In this document: in pieces, positions 26,601 through 40,735 of the stretch
How positions within the stretch are numbered: position 1 is the first letter of the stretch
How the letters are laid out: each line of letters opens with the position of its first letter
Source of the DNA: the human T2T-CHM13v2.0 reference genome, Homo sapiens
DNA length: 64,000 bases
Reading direction: 5' to 3' (one strand)
Assembly (NCBI RefSeq): GCF_009914755.1
Contig: NC_060946.1
Notes under the pieces: generated by a model
Databases searched by the model: none
The model's input: the letters and a program-made list of their open reading frames with translations, nothing else
What the model was told of the DNA's origin: nothing
Position numbers and translations under genes: made by a program

Positions 26601-29600
26601 TATAAGACATATATCTGCACTGATCACCCAGGTGATGCAACTCTAGCCTAGGCTTTGCCTACAGGGGACATTGTGACATATCGCTTCAATGATCACCCAT
26701 GTGATGCAACTCTTGCCTACGCTTTGCCTACAGGGGACATTGTGACATAAATCTGCACTGATCTCCCAGGTGCTGTAACATTAGTCTAGACTCTGGCTAC
26801 ACGGCATTGTGACATATCACTGCACTGATCAACCAGGTGATATAACTCTTGTCTAGGCCCTGCCTACAGGGGGCTTGTGACATATCTCTGCACTGATCAC
26901 CCAGGTGATATAACTCTTCTCTAGGATCTGCCTACAGGGTGCTTTGCGACATATCCCTGCAATGATCACCCAGGTGATCTAACCCTTGTTTAAGCTCTGC
27001 CTAAAGGGGCATTGTGACAGACCTCTGCACTGATCACTCAGGTGATGTAACTATTGTCTAGGCTCTGCTTAAAGGGGCCTTGTCACATACCTCTGCACTG
27101 ATCACCCAGGTGATGTAACACTTGTCTAGACTCTGTTTCACGGCATATTGTGACATATCTATGCGCTGATCACCTTAGTGATGTAACACTTGTGTAGGCT
27201 CGGCCTACAGGGGAATATTGACATATCTCTGCACTGTTAACCGAGGTGATTTAACTCTTGTCTAGGCTGTGCCCACAGGGGGATTGAGACATGTCTCTGC
27301 ACTGATCCCGAGGTGATCCAACTGTTGCCTGGTCTCTGCCTACTGGGGACATTGTGACATATCTCTGCACTGATCTCCCAAGTGCTGTAACTTTAGTCTA
27401 GGCTCTGGCTACACGGCATTGTGACATATCACTGCACTGATCACCCAGGTGATATAAATCTTGTCTAGGCTCTGCCTACAATGGCCTTGTGACATATCAC
27501 TGCACTGATCACCCAGGTGATATAACTCTTCTCTAGGATCTGACCACAGGGTGCTTTGTGGCATTTCCCTGCAATGATTACCCAGGTGATATACCACTTG
27601 CCAAGGCTCTGCCTACAGGGGCATTGCAATGTATCTCTGCACTGATCACCTCGTTCTTGTAACTCTTTTCTAGGATCTGCCCACAGGGTGCCTTGTGACG
27701 TATCCCAGCAAGGATTACCCAGGTGATGTACCTCTCATCAAGGCTCTGCCTACAGGCACATTGCGATGTATCTCTGCACTGATCACCTAGGTCATGTAAC
27801 TTTTGTCTAGGCTCTGCCTACGATGGCATTGTGACATATCTCTGCACTAATCATCCAAGTGATGTAACCCTTGTCTAGGATCTGCCTAAATTAACTTTGT
27901 GACATAACCCTGTACTGATCATCCAGGTGATGGGGCTTTTGTCTAGGCTCTGCCTTAAGGGGGCATTGTGACATATTTCTGCATTGATCACCCAGGTGGC
28001 GAACTCTTCTCTTGGATCTGCCTATGGGGGCATTGTGACAAATCTCTGCACTGATCACCCAGGTGATGTAACTGTTGTGTAACCTCTGCCTACAGGGGAA
28101 TTGTGAGAGATCTCGCCACTGATCACCCAAGTGATGTAACCATTGTCTAGGCTTTGCGTACAGGGGGCTTTGTGACATACCTTTGCACTGATCACCCACG
28201 TGATGTAACACATCTATGTTCGACCTAAAGGAGCTTTGTGACATATCTCTGCACTGATCACTTAGGTGATGGAACACTTTTATAAGCACTGCCTACAGGG
28301 AATTTTGACAAATCTCTGCACTGATCACCTAGGTGATGTAACGCTTGTCTACCCTCTGTCCAACGGGGCATTGTGAAATATCTCTGCACTGATCACCCAG
28401 GTGATTCAACTCTTGACTAGGATCTGCCTACAGAGGTTATTGTGAAATATCTCTGCACTGATAAACTAGGTGGTGTAATCCTTATCGAAGCTCTGCCTAC
28501 AGGGGCGTTTTCACATATCCCTGAAGTGATGACAAAGGTGATGTAACCCTTGCCTAGGCTTTGCCTACAGGGGATATAAGACATATATCTGCACTGATCA
28601 CCCAGGTGATGCAACTCTAGCCTAGGCTTTGCCTACAGGGGACATTGTGACATATCGCTTCAATGATCACCCATGTGATGCAACTCTTGCCTACGCTTTG
28701 CCTACAGGGGACATTGTGACATAAATCTGCACTGATCTCCCAGGTGCTGTAACATTAGTCTAGACTCTGGCTACACGGCATTGTGACATATCACTGCACT
28801 GATCAACCAGGTGATATAACTCTTGTCTAGGCCCTGCCTACAGGGGGCTTGTGACATATCTCTGCACTGATCACCCAGGTGATATAACTCTTCTCTAGGA
28901 TCTGCCTACAGGGTGCTTTGCGACATATCCCTGCAATGATCACCCAGGTGATCTAACCCTTGTTTAAGCTCTGCCTAAAGGGGCATTGTGACAGACCTCT
29001 GCACTGATCACTCAGGTGATGTAACTATTGTCTAGGCTCTGCTTAAAGGGGCCTTGTCACATACCTCTGCACTGATCACCCAGGTGATGTAACTCTTGTC
29101 TAGACTCTGTTTCACGGCATATTGTGACATATCTATGCGCTGATCACCTTAGTGATGTAACACTTGTGTAGGCTCGGCCTACAGGGGAATATTGACATAT
29201 CTCTGCACTGTTAACCGAGGTGATTTAACTCTTATCTAGGCTGTGCCCTCAGGGGGATTGAGACATGTCTCTGCACTGATCCCGAGGTGATCCAACTGTT
29301 GCCTGGTCTCTGCCTACTGGGGACATTGTGACATATCTCTGCACTGATCTCCCAAGTGCTGTAACTTTAGTCTAGGCTCTGGCTACACGGCATTGTGACA
29401 TATCACTGCACTGATCACCCAGGTGATATAAATCTTGTCTAGGCTCTGCCTACAATGGCCTTGTGACATATCACTGCACTGATCACCCAGGTGATATAAC
29501 TCTTCTCTAGGATCTGACCACAGGGTGCTTTGTGGCATTTCCCTGCAATGATCACCCAGGTGATATACCACTTGCCAAGGCTCTGCCTACAGGGGCATTG

Positions 29601-32363
29601 CAATGTATCTCTGCACTGATCACCTCGTTCTTGTAACTCTTTTCTAGGATCTGCCCACAGGGTGCCTTGTGACGTATCCCAGCAAGGATTACCCAGGTGA
29701 TGTACCTCTCATCAAGGCTCTGCCTACAGGCACATTGCGATGTATCTCTGCACTGATCACCTAGGTCATGTAACTTTTGTCTAGGCTCTGCCTACGATGG
29801 CATTGTGACATATCTCTGCACTAATCATCCAAGTGATGTAACCCTTGTCTAGGATCTGCCTAAATTAACTTTGTGACATAACCCTGTACTGATCATCCAG
29901 GTGATGGGGCTTTTGTCTAGGCTCTGCCTTAAGGGGGCATTGTGACATATTTCTGCATTGATCACCCAGGTGGCGAACTCTTCTCTTGGATCTGCCTATG
30001 GGGGCATTGTGACAAATCTCTGCACTGATCACCCAGGTGATGTAACTGTTGTGTAACCTCTGCCTACAGGGGAATTGTGAGAGATCTCGCCACTGATCAC
30101 CCAAGTGATGTAACCATTGTCTAGGCTTTGCGTACAGGGGGCTTTGTGACATACCTTTGCACTGATCACCCACGTGATGTAACACATCTATGTTCGACAT
30201 AAAGGAGCTTTGTGACATACCTCTGCACTGATCACTTAGGTGATGGAACACTTTTATAAGCACTGCCTACAGGGAATTTTGACAAATCTCTGCACTGATC
30301 ACCTAGGTGATGTAACGCTTGTCTACCCTCTGTCCAACGGGGCATTGTGAAATATCTCTGCACTGATCACCCAGGTGATTCAACTCTTGACTAGGATCTG
30401 CCTACAGAGGTTATTGTGAAATATCTCTGCACTGATAAACTAGGTGGTGTAATCCTTATCGAAGCTCTGCCTACAGGGGCGTTTTCACATATCCCTGAAG
30501 TGATGACAAAGGTGATGTAACCCTTGCCTAGGCTTTGCCTACAGGGGATATAAGACATATATCTGCACTGATCACCCAGGTGATGCAACTCTAGCCTAGG
30601 CTTTGCCTACAGGGGACATTGTGACATATCGCTTCAATGATCACCCATGTGATGCAACTCTTGCCTACGCTTTGCCTACAGGGGACATTGTGACATAAAT
30701 CTGCACTGATCTCCCAGGTGCTGTAACATTAGTCTAGACTCTGGCTACACGGCATTGTGACATATCACTGCACTGATCAACCAGGTGATATAACTCTTGT
30801 CTAGGCCCTGCCTACAGGGGGCTTGTGACATATCTCTGCACTGATCACCCAGGTGATATAACTCTTCTCTAGGATCTGCCTACAGGGTGCTTTGCGACAT
30901 ATCCCTGCAATGATCACCCAGGTGATCTAACCCTTGTTTAAGCTCTGCCTAAAGGGGCATTGTGACAGACCTCTGCACTGATCACTCAGGTGATGTAACT
31001 ATTGTCTAGGCTCTGCTTAAAGGGGCCTTGTCACATACCTCTGCACTGATCACCCAGGTGATGTAACTCTTGTCTAGACTCTGTTTCACGGCATATTGTG
31101 ACATATCTATGCGCTGATCACCTTAGTGATGTAACACTTGTGTAGGCTCGGCCTACAGGGGAATATTGACATATCTCTGCACTGTTAACCGAGGTGATTT
31201 AACTCTTGTCTAGGCTGTGCCCACAGGGGGATTGAGACATGTCTCTGCACTGATCCCGAGGTGATCCAACTGTTGCCTGGTCTCTGCCTACTGGGGACAT
31301 TGTGACATATCTCTGCACTGATCTCCCAAGTGCTGTAACTTTAGTCTAGGCTCTGGCTACACGGCTTTGTGAGATATCACTGCACTGATCACCCAGGTGA
31401 TATAAATCTTGTCTAGGCTCTGCCTACAATGGCCTTGTGACATATCTCTGCACTGATCACCCAGGTGATATAACTATTCTCTAGGATCTGACCACAGGGT
31501 GCTTTGTGGCATTTCCCTGCAATGATCACCCAGGTGAAATACCACTTGCCAAGGCTCTGCCTACAGGGGCATTGCAATATATCTCTGCACTGATCACCTC
31601 GGTCTTGCAACTCTTTTCTAGGATCTGCCCACAGGGTGCCTTGTGACGTATCCCAGCAAGGATTACCCAGGTGATGTACCTCTCATCAAGGCTCTGCCTA
31701 CAGGCACATTGCGATGTATCTCTGCACTGATCACCTAGGTCATGTAACTTTTGTCTAGGCTCTGCCTACGATGGCATTGTGACATATCTCTGCACTAATC
31801 ATCCAAGTGATGTAACCCTTGTCTAGGATCTGCCTAAATTAACTTTGTGACATAACCCTGTACTGATCATCCAGGTGATGGGGCTTTTGTCTAGGCTCTG
31901 CCTAAGGGGGCATTGTGACATATTTCTGCATTGATCACCCAGGTGGCGAACTCTTCTCTTGGATCTGCCTATGGGGGCATTGTGACAAATCTCTGCAGTG
32001 ATAACCCAGGTGATGTAACTGTTGTGTAACCTCTGCCTACAGGGGAATTGTGAGAGATCTCGCCACTGATCACCCAAGTGATGAAACCATTGTCTAGGCT
32101 TTGCGTACAGGGGGCTTTGTGACATACCTTTGCACTGATCACCCAGGTGATGTAACACATCTAAGTTCGGCCTAAAGGAGCTTTGTGACATATCTCTGCA
32201 CTGATCACTTAGGTGATGGAACACTTTTATAAGCACTGCCTACAGGGAATTTTGACAAATCTCTGCACTGATCACCTAGGTGATGTAACGCTTGTCTACC
32301 CTCTGTCCAACGGGGCATTGTGAAATATCTCTGCACTGATCACCCAGGTGATTCAACTCTTGA

Positions 32364-34269
32364 CTAGGATCTGCCTACAGAGGTTATTGTGAAATATCTC
32401 TGCACTGATAAACTAGGTGGTGTAATCCTTATCGAAGCTCTGCCTACAGGGGCGTTTTCACATATCCCTGAAGTGATGACAAAGGTGATGTAACTCTTGC
32501 CTAGGATTTGCCTACAGGGGACATAGGACATATATCTGCACTGATCACCCAGGTGATGCAACTGTAGCCTAGGCTTTGCCTACAGGGGACATTGTGACAT
32601 ATCGCTTCAATGATCACCCATGTGATGCAACTCTTGCCTAGGCTTTGCCTACAGGGGACATTGTGACATATCTCAGCACTGATGTCCCAGGTGCTGTAAC
32701 ATTAGTCTAGACTCTGGCTACACGGCATTGTGACATATCACTGCACTGATCAACCAGGTGATATAACTGTTGTCTAGGCTCTGCCTACAGGGGGCTTGTG
32801 ACATATCCCTGCAATGATCACCCAGGTGATCTAACTCTTGTTTAAGCTCTGCCTAAAGGGGCATTGTGACAGATCTCTGCACTGATCACTCAGGTGATGT
32901 AACTATTGTCTAGGCTCTGCTTAAAGGGGCCTTGTCACATACCTCTGCACTGATCACCCAGGTGATGTAACTCTTGTCTAGCCTCTGCTTTCACGGCATA
33001 TTGTGACATATCCATGCGCTGATCACCTTAGTGATGTAACACTTGTGTAGGCTCGGCCTACAGGGGAATATTGACATATCTCTGCACTGTTAACCGAGGT
33101 GATTTAACTCTTGTCTAGGCTGTGCCCACAGGGGGATTGAGACATGTCTCTGCACTGATCCCGAGGTGATCCAACTGTTGCCTGGTCTCTGCCTACTGGG
33201 GACATTGTGACATATCTCTGCACTGATCTCCCAGGTGCTGTAACTTTAGTCTAGGTTCTGGCTACACGGCATTGTGACATATCACTGCACTGATCACCCA
33301 GGTGATATAAATCTTGTCTAGGCTCTGCCTACAATGGCCTTGTGACATATCACTGCACTGATCACCCAGGTGATATAACTCTTCTCTAGGATCTGACCAC
33401 AGGGTGCTTTGTGGCATTTCCCTGCAATGATCACCCAGGTGATATACCACTTGCCAAGGCTCTGCCTACAGGGGCATTGCAATGTATCTCTGCACTGATC
33501 ACCTCGTTCTTGTAACTCTTTTCTAGGATCTGCCCACAGGGTGCCTTGTGACGTATCCCAGCAAGGATTACCCAGGTGATGTACCTCTCATCAAGGCTCT
33601 GCCTACAGGCACATTGCGATGTATCTCTGCACTGATCACCTAGGTCATGTAACTTTTGTCTAGGCTCTGCCTACGATGGCATTGTGACATATCTCTGCAC
33701 TAATCATCCAAGTGATGTAACCCTTGTCTAGGATCTGCCTAAATTAACTTTGTGACATAACCCTGTACTGATCATCCAGGTGATGGGGCTTTTGTCTAGG
33801 CTCTGCCTTAAGGGGGCATTGTGACATATTTCTGCATTGATCACCCAGGTGGCGAACTCTTCTCTTGGATCTGCCTATGGGGGCATTGTGACAAATCTCT
33901 GCACTGATCACCCAGGTGATGTAACTGTTGTGTAACCTCTGCCTACAGGGGAATTGGGAGAGATCTCGCCACTGATCACCCAAGTGATGTAACCATTGTC
34001 TAGGCTTTGCGTACAGGGGGCTTTGTGACATACCTTTGCACTGATCACCCAGGTGATGTAACACATCTAAATTCGACCTAAAGGAGCTTTGTGATATATC
34101 TCTGCACTGATCACTTAGGTGATGGAACACTTTTATAAGCACTGCCTACAGGGAATTTTGACAAATCTCTGCACTGATCACCTAGGTGATGTAACGCTTG
34201 TCTACCCTCTGTCCAACGGGGCATTGTGAAATATCTCTGCACTGATCACCCAGGTGATTCAACTCTTGA
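32364..34269. repeat. Variant 28-mer HOR (1906 bp)
   Basis: At ~32800, GGGGCTTGTGACATATCCCTGCAATG joins two monomers and removes one (-69). A +1 T (CCTTAAG) lies at ~33809. Confidence 0.85.
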
Positions 34270-37200
34270 CTAGGATCTGCCTACAGAGGTTATTGTGAAA
34301 TATCTCTGCACTGATAAACTAGGTGGTGTAATCCTTATCGAAGCTCTGCCTACAGGGGCGTTTTCACAAATCCCTGAACTGATGACAAAGGTGATGTAAC
34401 CCTTGCCTAGGCTTTGCCTACAGGGGATATAAGACATATATCTGCACTGATCACCCAGGTGATGCAACTCTAGCCTAGGCTTTGCCTACAGGGGACATTG
34501 TGACATATCGCTTCAATGATCACCCATGTGATGCAACTATTGCCTAGGCTTTGCCTACAGGGGACATTGTGACATAAATCTGCACTGATCTCCCAGGTGC
34601 TGTAACATTAGTCTAGACTCTGGCTACACGGCATTGTGACATATCACTGCACTGATCAACCAGGTGATATAACTCTTGTCTAGGCCCTGCCTACAGGGGG
34701 CTTGTGACATATCTCTGCACTGATCACCCAGGTGATATAACTCTTCTCTAGGATCTGCCTACAGGGTGCTTTGCGACATATCCCTGCAATGATCACCCAG
34801 GTGATCTAACTCTTGTTTAAGCTCTGCCTAAAGGGGCATTGTGACAGACCTCTGCACTGATCACTCAGGTGATGTAACTATTGTCTAGGCTCTGCTTAAA
34901 GGGGCCTTGTCACATACCTCTGCACTGATCACCCAGGTGATGTAACTCTTGTCTAGACTCTGTTTCACGGCATATTGTGACATATCTATGCGCTGATCAC
35001 CTTAGTGATGTAACACTTGTGTAGGCTCGGCCTACAGGGGAATATTGACATATCTCTGCACTGTTAACCGAGGTGATTTAACTCTTGTCTAGGCTGTGCC
35101 CACAGGGGGATTGAGACATGTCTCTGCACTGATCCCGAGGTGATCCAACTGTTGCCTGGTCTCTGCCTACTGGGGACATTGTGACATATCTCTGCACTGA
35201 TCTCCCAGGTGCTGTAACTTTAGTCTAGGCTCTGGCTACACGGCATTGTGACATATCACTGCACTGATCACCCAGGTGATATAAATCTTGTCTAGGCTCT
35301 GCCTACAATGGCCTTGTGACATATCTCTGCACTGATCACCCAGGTGATACAACTCTTCTCTAGGATCTGACCACAGGGTGCTTTGTGGCATTTCCCTGCA
35401 ATGATCACCCAGGTGATATACCACTTGCCAAGGCTCTGCCTACAGGGGCATTGCAATGTATCTCTGCACTGATCACCTCGGTCTTGTAACTCTTTTCTAG
35501 GATCTGCCCACAGGGTGCCTTGTGACGTATCCCAGCAAGGATTACCCAGGTGATGTACCTCTCATCAAGGCTCTGCCTACAGGCACATTGCGATGTATCT
35601 CTGCACTGATCACCTAGGTCATGTAACTTTTGTCTAGGCTCTGCCTACGATGGCATTGTGACATATCTCTGCACTAATCATCCAAGTGATGTAACCCTTG
35701 TCTAGGATCTGCCTAAATTAACGATGTGACATAACCCTGTACTGATCATCCAGGTGATGGGGCTTTTGTCTAGGCTCTGCCTAAGGGGGCATTGTGACAT
35801 ATTTCTGCATTGATCACCCAGGTGGCAAACTCTTCTCTTGGATCTGCCTATGGGGGCATTGTGACAAATCTCTGCACTGATCACCCAGGTGATGTAACTG
35901 TTGTGTAACCTCTGCCTACAGGGGAATTGTGAGAGATCTCACCACTGATCACCCAAGTGATGTAACCATTGTCTAGGCTTTGCGTACAGGGGGCTTTGTG
36001 ACATACCTTTGCACTGATCACCCAGGTGATGTAACACATCTAAGTTCGGCCTAAAGGAGCTTTGTGACATACCTCTGCACTGATCACTTAGGTGATGGAA
36101 CACTTTTATAAGCACTGCCTACAGGGAATTTTGACAAATCTCTGCACTGATCACCTAGGTGATGTAACGCTTGTCTACCCTCTGTCCAACGGGGCATTGT
36201 GAAATATCTCTGCACTGATCACCCAGGTGATTCAACTCTTGACTAGGATCTGCCTACAGAGGTTATTGTGAAATATCTCTGCACTGATAAACTAGGTGGT
36301 GTAATCCTTATCGAAGCTCTGCCTACAGGGGCGTTTTCACATATCCCTGAAGTGATGACAAAGGTGATGTAACCCTTGCCTAGGCTTTGTCTACAGGGGA
36401 CATAGGACATATATCTGCACTGATCACCCAGGTGATGCAACTCTAGCCTAGGCTTTGCCTACAGGGGACATTGTGACATATCGCTTCAATGATCACCCAT
36501 GTGATGCAACTCTTGCCTAGGCTTTGCCTACAGGGGACATTGTGACATATCTCTGCACTGATCTCCCAGGTGCTGTAACATTAGTCTAGACTCTGGCTAC
36601 ACGGCATTGTGACATATCACTGCACTGATCAACCAGGTGATATAACTCTTGTCTAGGCCCTGCCTACACGGGGCTTGTGACATATCTCTGCACTGATCTC
36701 ACAGGTGATATAACTCTTCTCTAGGATCTGCCTACAGGGTGCTTTGCGACATATACCTGCAATGATCACCCAGGTGATCTAACTCTTCTTTAAGCTCTGC
36801 CTAAAGGGGCCTTGTGACAGATCTCTGCACTGATCACTCAGGTGATGTAACTATTGTCTAGGCTCTGCTTAAAGGGGCCTTGTCACATACCTCTGCACTG
36901 ATCACCCAGGTGATGTAACTCTTGTCTAGCCTCTGCTTTCACGGCATATTGTGATATATCTATGCGCTGATCACCTTAGTGATGTAACACTTGTGTAGGC
37001 TCGGCCTACAGGGTAATATTGACATATCTCTACACTGTTAACCGAGGTGATTTAACTCTTGTCTAGGCTGTGCCCACAGGGGGATTGAGACATGTCTCTG
37101 CACTGATCCCGAGGTGATCCAACTGTTGCCTGGTCTCTGCCTACTGGGGACATTGTGACATATCTCTGCACTGATCTCCCAGGTGCTGTAACTTTAGTCT

Positions 37201-38216
37201 AGGCTCTGGCTACACGGCATTGTGACATATCACTGCACTGATCACCCAGGTGATATAAATCTTGTCTAGGCTCTGCCTACAATGGCCTTGTGACATATCT
37301 CTGCACTGATCACCCAGGTGATATAACTCTTCTCTAGGATCTGACCACAGGGTGCTTTGTGGCATTTCCCTGCAATGATCACCCAGGTGATATACCACTT
37401 GCCAAGGCTCTGCCTACAGGGGCATTGCAATGTATCTCTGCACTGATCACCTCGGTCTTGTAACTCTTTTCTAGGATCTGCCCACAGGGTGCCTTGTGAC
37501 GTATCCCAGCAAGGATTACCCAGGTGATGTACCTCTCATCAAGGCTCTGCCTACAGGCACATTGCGATGTATCTCTGCACTGATCACCTAGGTCATGTAA
37601 CTTTTGTCTAGGCTCTGCCTACGATGGCATTGTGAAATATCTCTGCACTAATCATCCAAGTGATGTAACACTTGTCTAGGATCTGTCTAAATTAACTTTG
37701 TGACAGAACCCTGTACTGATCATCCAGGTGATGGGGCTTTTGTCTAGGCTCTGCCTAAGGGGGCATTGTGACATATTTCTGCATTGATCACCCAGGTGGC
37801 GAACTCTTCTCTTGGATCTGCCTATGGGGGCATTGTGACAAATCTCTGCACTGATCACCCAGGTGATGTAACTGTTGTGTAACCTCTGCCTACAGGGGAA
37901 TTGTGAGAGATCTCGCCACTGATCACCCAAGTGATGTAACCATTGTCTAGGCTTTGCGTACAGGGGGCTTTGTGACATACCTTTGCACTGATCACCCAGG
38001 TGATGTAACACATCTAAGTTCGGCCTAAAGGAGCTTTGTGACATATCTGTGCACTGATCACTTAGGTGATGGAACACTTTTATAAGCACTGCCTACAGGG
38101 AATTTTGACAAATCTCTGCACTGATCACCTAGGTGATGTAACGCTTGTCTACCCTCTGTCCAACGGGGCATTGTGAAATGTCTCTGCACTGATCACCCAG
38201 GTGATTCAACTCTTGA

Positions 38217-40735
38217 CTAGGATCTGCCTACAGAGGTTATTGTGAAATATCTCTGCACTGATAAACTAGGTGGTGTAATCCTTATCGAAGCTCTGCCTAC
38301 AGGGGCGTTTTCACATATCCCTGAAGTGATGACAAAGGTGATGTAACTCTTGCCTAGGCTTTGCCTACAGGGGACATAGGACATATATCTGCGCTGATCA
38401 CCCAGGTGATGCAACTCTAGCCTAGGCTTTGCCTACAGGGGACATTGTGACATATCGCTTCAATGATCACCCATGTGATGCAACTCTTGCCTAGGCTTTG
38501 CCTACAGGGGACATTGTGACATATCTCTGCACTGATCTCCCAGGTGCTGTAACATTAGTCTAGACTCTGGCTACACGGCATTGTGACATATCACTGCACT
38601 GATCAACCAGGTGATATAACTCTTCTCTGGGATCTGCCTACAGGGTGCTTTTCGACATATCCCTGCAATGATCACCCAGGTGATCTAACTCTTGTTTAAG
38701 CTCTGCCTAAAGGGGCCTTGTGACAGATCTCTGCACTGATCACTCAGGTGATGTAACTATTTTCTAGGCTCTGCTTAAAGGGACCTTGTCACATACCTCT
38801 GCACTGATCACCCAGGTGATGTAACTCTTGTCTAGCCTCTGCTTTCACGGCATATTGTGACATATCTATGCGCTGATCACCTTAGTGATGTAACACTTGT
38901 GTAGGCTCAGCCTACAGGGGAATATTGACATATCTCTGCACTGTTAACCGAGGTGAATTAACTCTTGTCTAGGCTGTGCCCACAGGGGGATTGAGACATG
39001 TCGCTGCACTGATCCCGAGGTGATCCAACTGTTGACTGGTCTCTGCCTACTGGGGACATTGTGACATATCTCTGCACTGATCTCCCAGGTGCTGTAACAT
39101 TAGTCTAGACTCTGGCTACACGGCATTGTGACATATCACTGCACTGATCAACCAGGTGATATAACTCTTGTCTAGGCCCTGCCTACAGGGGGCTTGTGAC
39201 ATATCTCTGCACTGATCACCCAGGTGATATAACTCTTCTCTAGGATCTGCCTACAGGGTGATTTGCGACATATCCCTGCAATGATCACCCAGGTGATCTA
39301 ACTCTTGTTTAAGCTCTGCCTAAAGGGGCCTTGTGACAGATCTCTGCACTGATCACTCAGGGGATGTAACTATTGTCTAGGCTCTGCTTAAAGGGGCCTT
39401 GTCACATACTTCTGCACTGATCACCCAGGTTATGTAACTCTTGTCTAGCCTCTGCTTTCACGGCATATTGTGACATATCTATGCGCTGATCACCTTAGTG
39501 ATGTAACACTTGTGTAGGCTCGGCCTACAGGGGAATATTGACATATCTCTGCACTGTTAACCGATGTGATTTAACTCTTGTCTAGTCTGTGCCCACAGGG
39601 GGATTGAGACATGTCTCTGCACTGATCCCGAGGTGATCCAACTGTTGCCTGGTCTCTGCCAACTGGGGACATTGTGACATATCTCTGCACTGATCTCCCA
39701 GGTGATGTAACTATAGTCTAGGCTCTGGCTACACGGCATTGTGACATATCACTGCACTGATCACCCAGGTGATATAAATCTTGTCTAGGCTCTGCCTACA
39801 ATGGCCTTGTGACATATCTCTGCACTGATCACCCAGGTGATACAACTCTTCTCTAGGATCTGACCACAGGGTGCTTTGTGGCATTTCCCTGCAATGATCA
39901 CCCAGGTGATATACCACTTGCCAAGGCTCTGCCTACAGGGGCATTGCAATGTATCTCTGCACTGATCACCTCGGTCTTGTAACTCTTTTCTAGGATCTGC
40001 CCACAGGGTGCCTTGTGACGTATCCCAGCAAGGATTACCCAGGTGATGTACCTCTCATCAAGGCTCTGCCTACAGGCACATTGCGATGTATCTCTGCACT
40101 GATCACCTAGGTCATGTAACTTTTGTCTAGGCTCTGCCTACGATGGCATTGTGACATATCTCTGCACTAATCATCCAAGTGATGTAACCCTTGTCTAGGA
40201 TCTGCCTAAATTAACGATGTGACAGAACCCTGTACTGATCATCCAGGTGATGGGGCTTTTGTCTAGGCTCTGCCTAAGGGGGCATTGTGACATATTTCTG
40301 CATTGATCACCCAGGTGGCAAACTCTTCTCTTGGATCTGCCTATGGGGGCATTGTGACAAATCTCTGCACTGATCACCCAGGTGATGTAACTGTTGTGTA
40401 ACCTCTGCCTACAGGGGAATTGTGAGAGATCTCACCACTGATCACCCAAGTGATGTAACCATTGTCTAGGCTTTGCGTACAGGGGGCTTTGTGACATACC
40501 TTTGCACTGATCACCCAGGTGATGTAACACATCTAAGTTCGGCCTAAAGGAGCTTTGTGACATACCTCTGCACTGATCACTTAGGTGATGGAACACTTTT
40601 ATAAGCACTGCCTACAGGGAATTTTGACAAATCTCTGCACTGATCACCTAGGTGATGTAACGCTTGTCTACCCTCTGTCCAACGGGGCATTGTGAAATAT
40701 CTCTGCACTGATCACCCAGGTGATTCAACTCTTGA
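38217..40735. repeat. Variant 37-mer HOR (2519 bp): +9 monomers, -1 monomer
   Basis: One monomer is missing at ~38620. At ~39090 the unit jumps back 9 monomers (GCTGTAACATTAGTCTAGACTC instead of GCTGTAACTTTAGTCTAGGCTC). 1974+612-67=2519. Confidence 0.85.
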
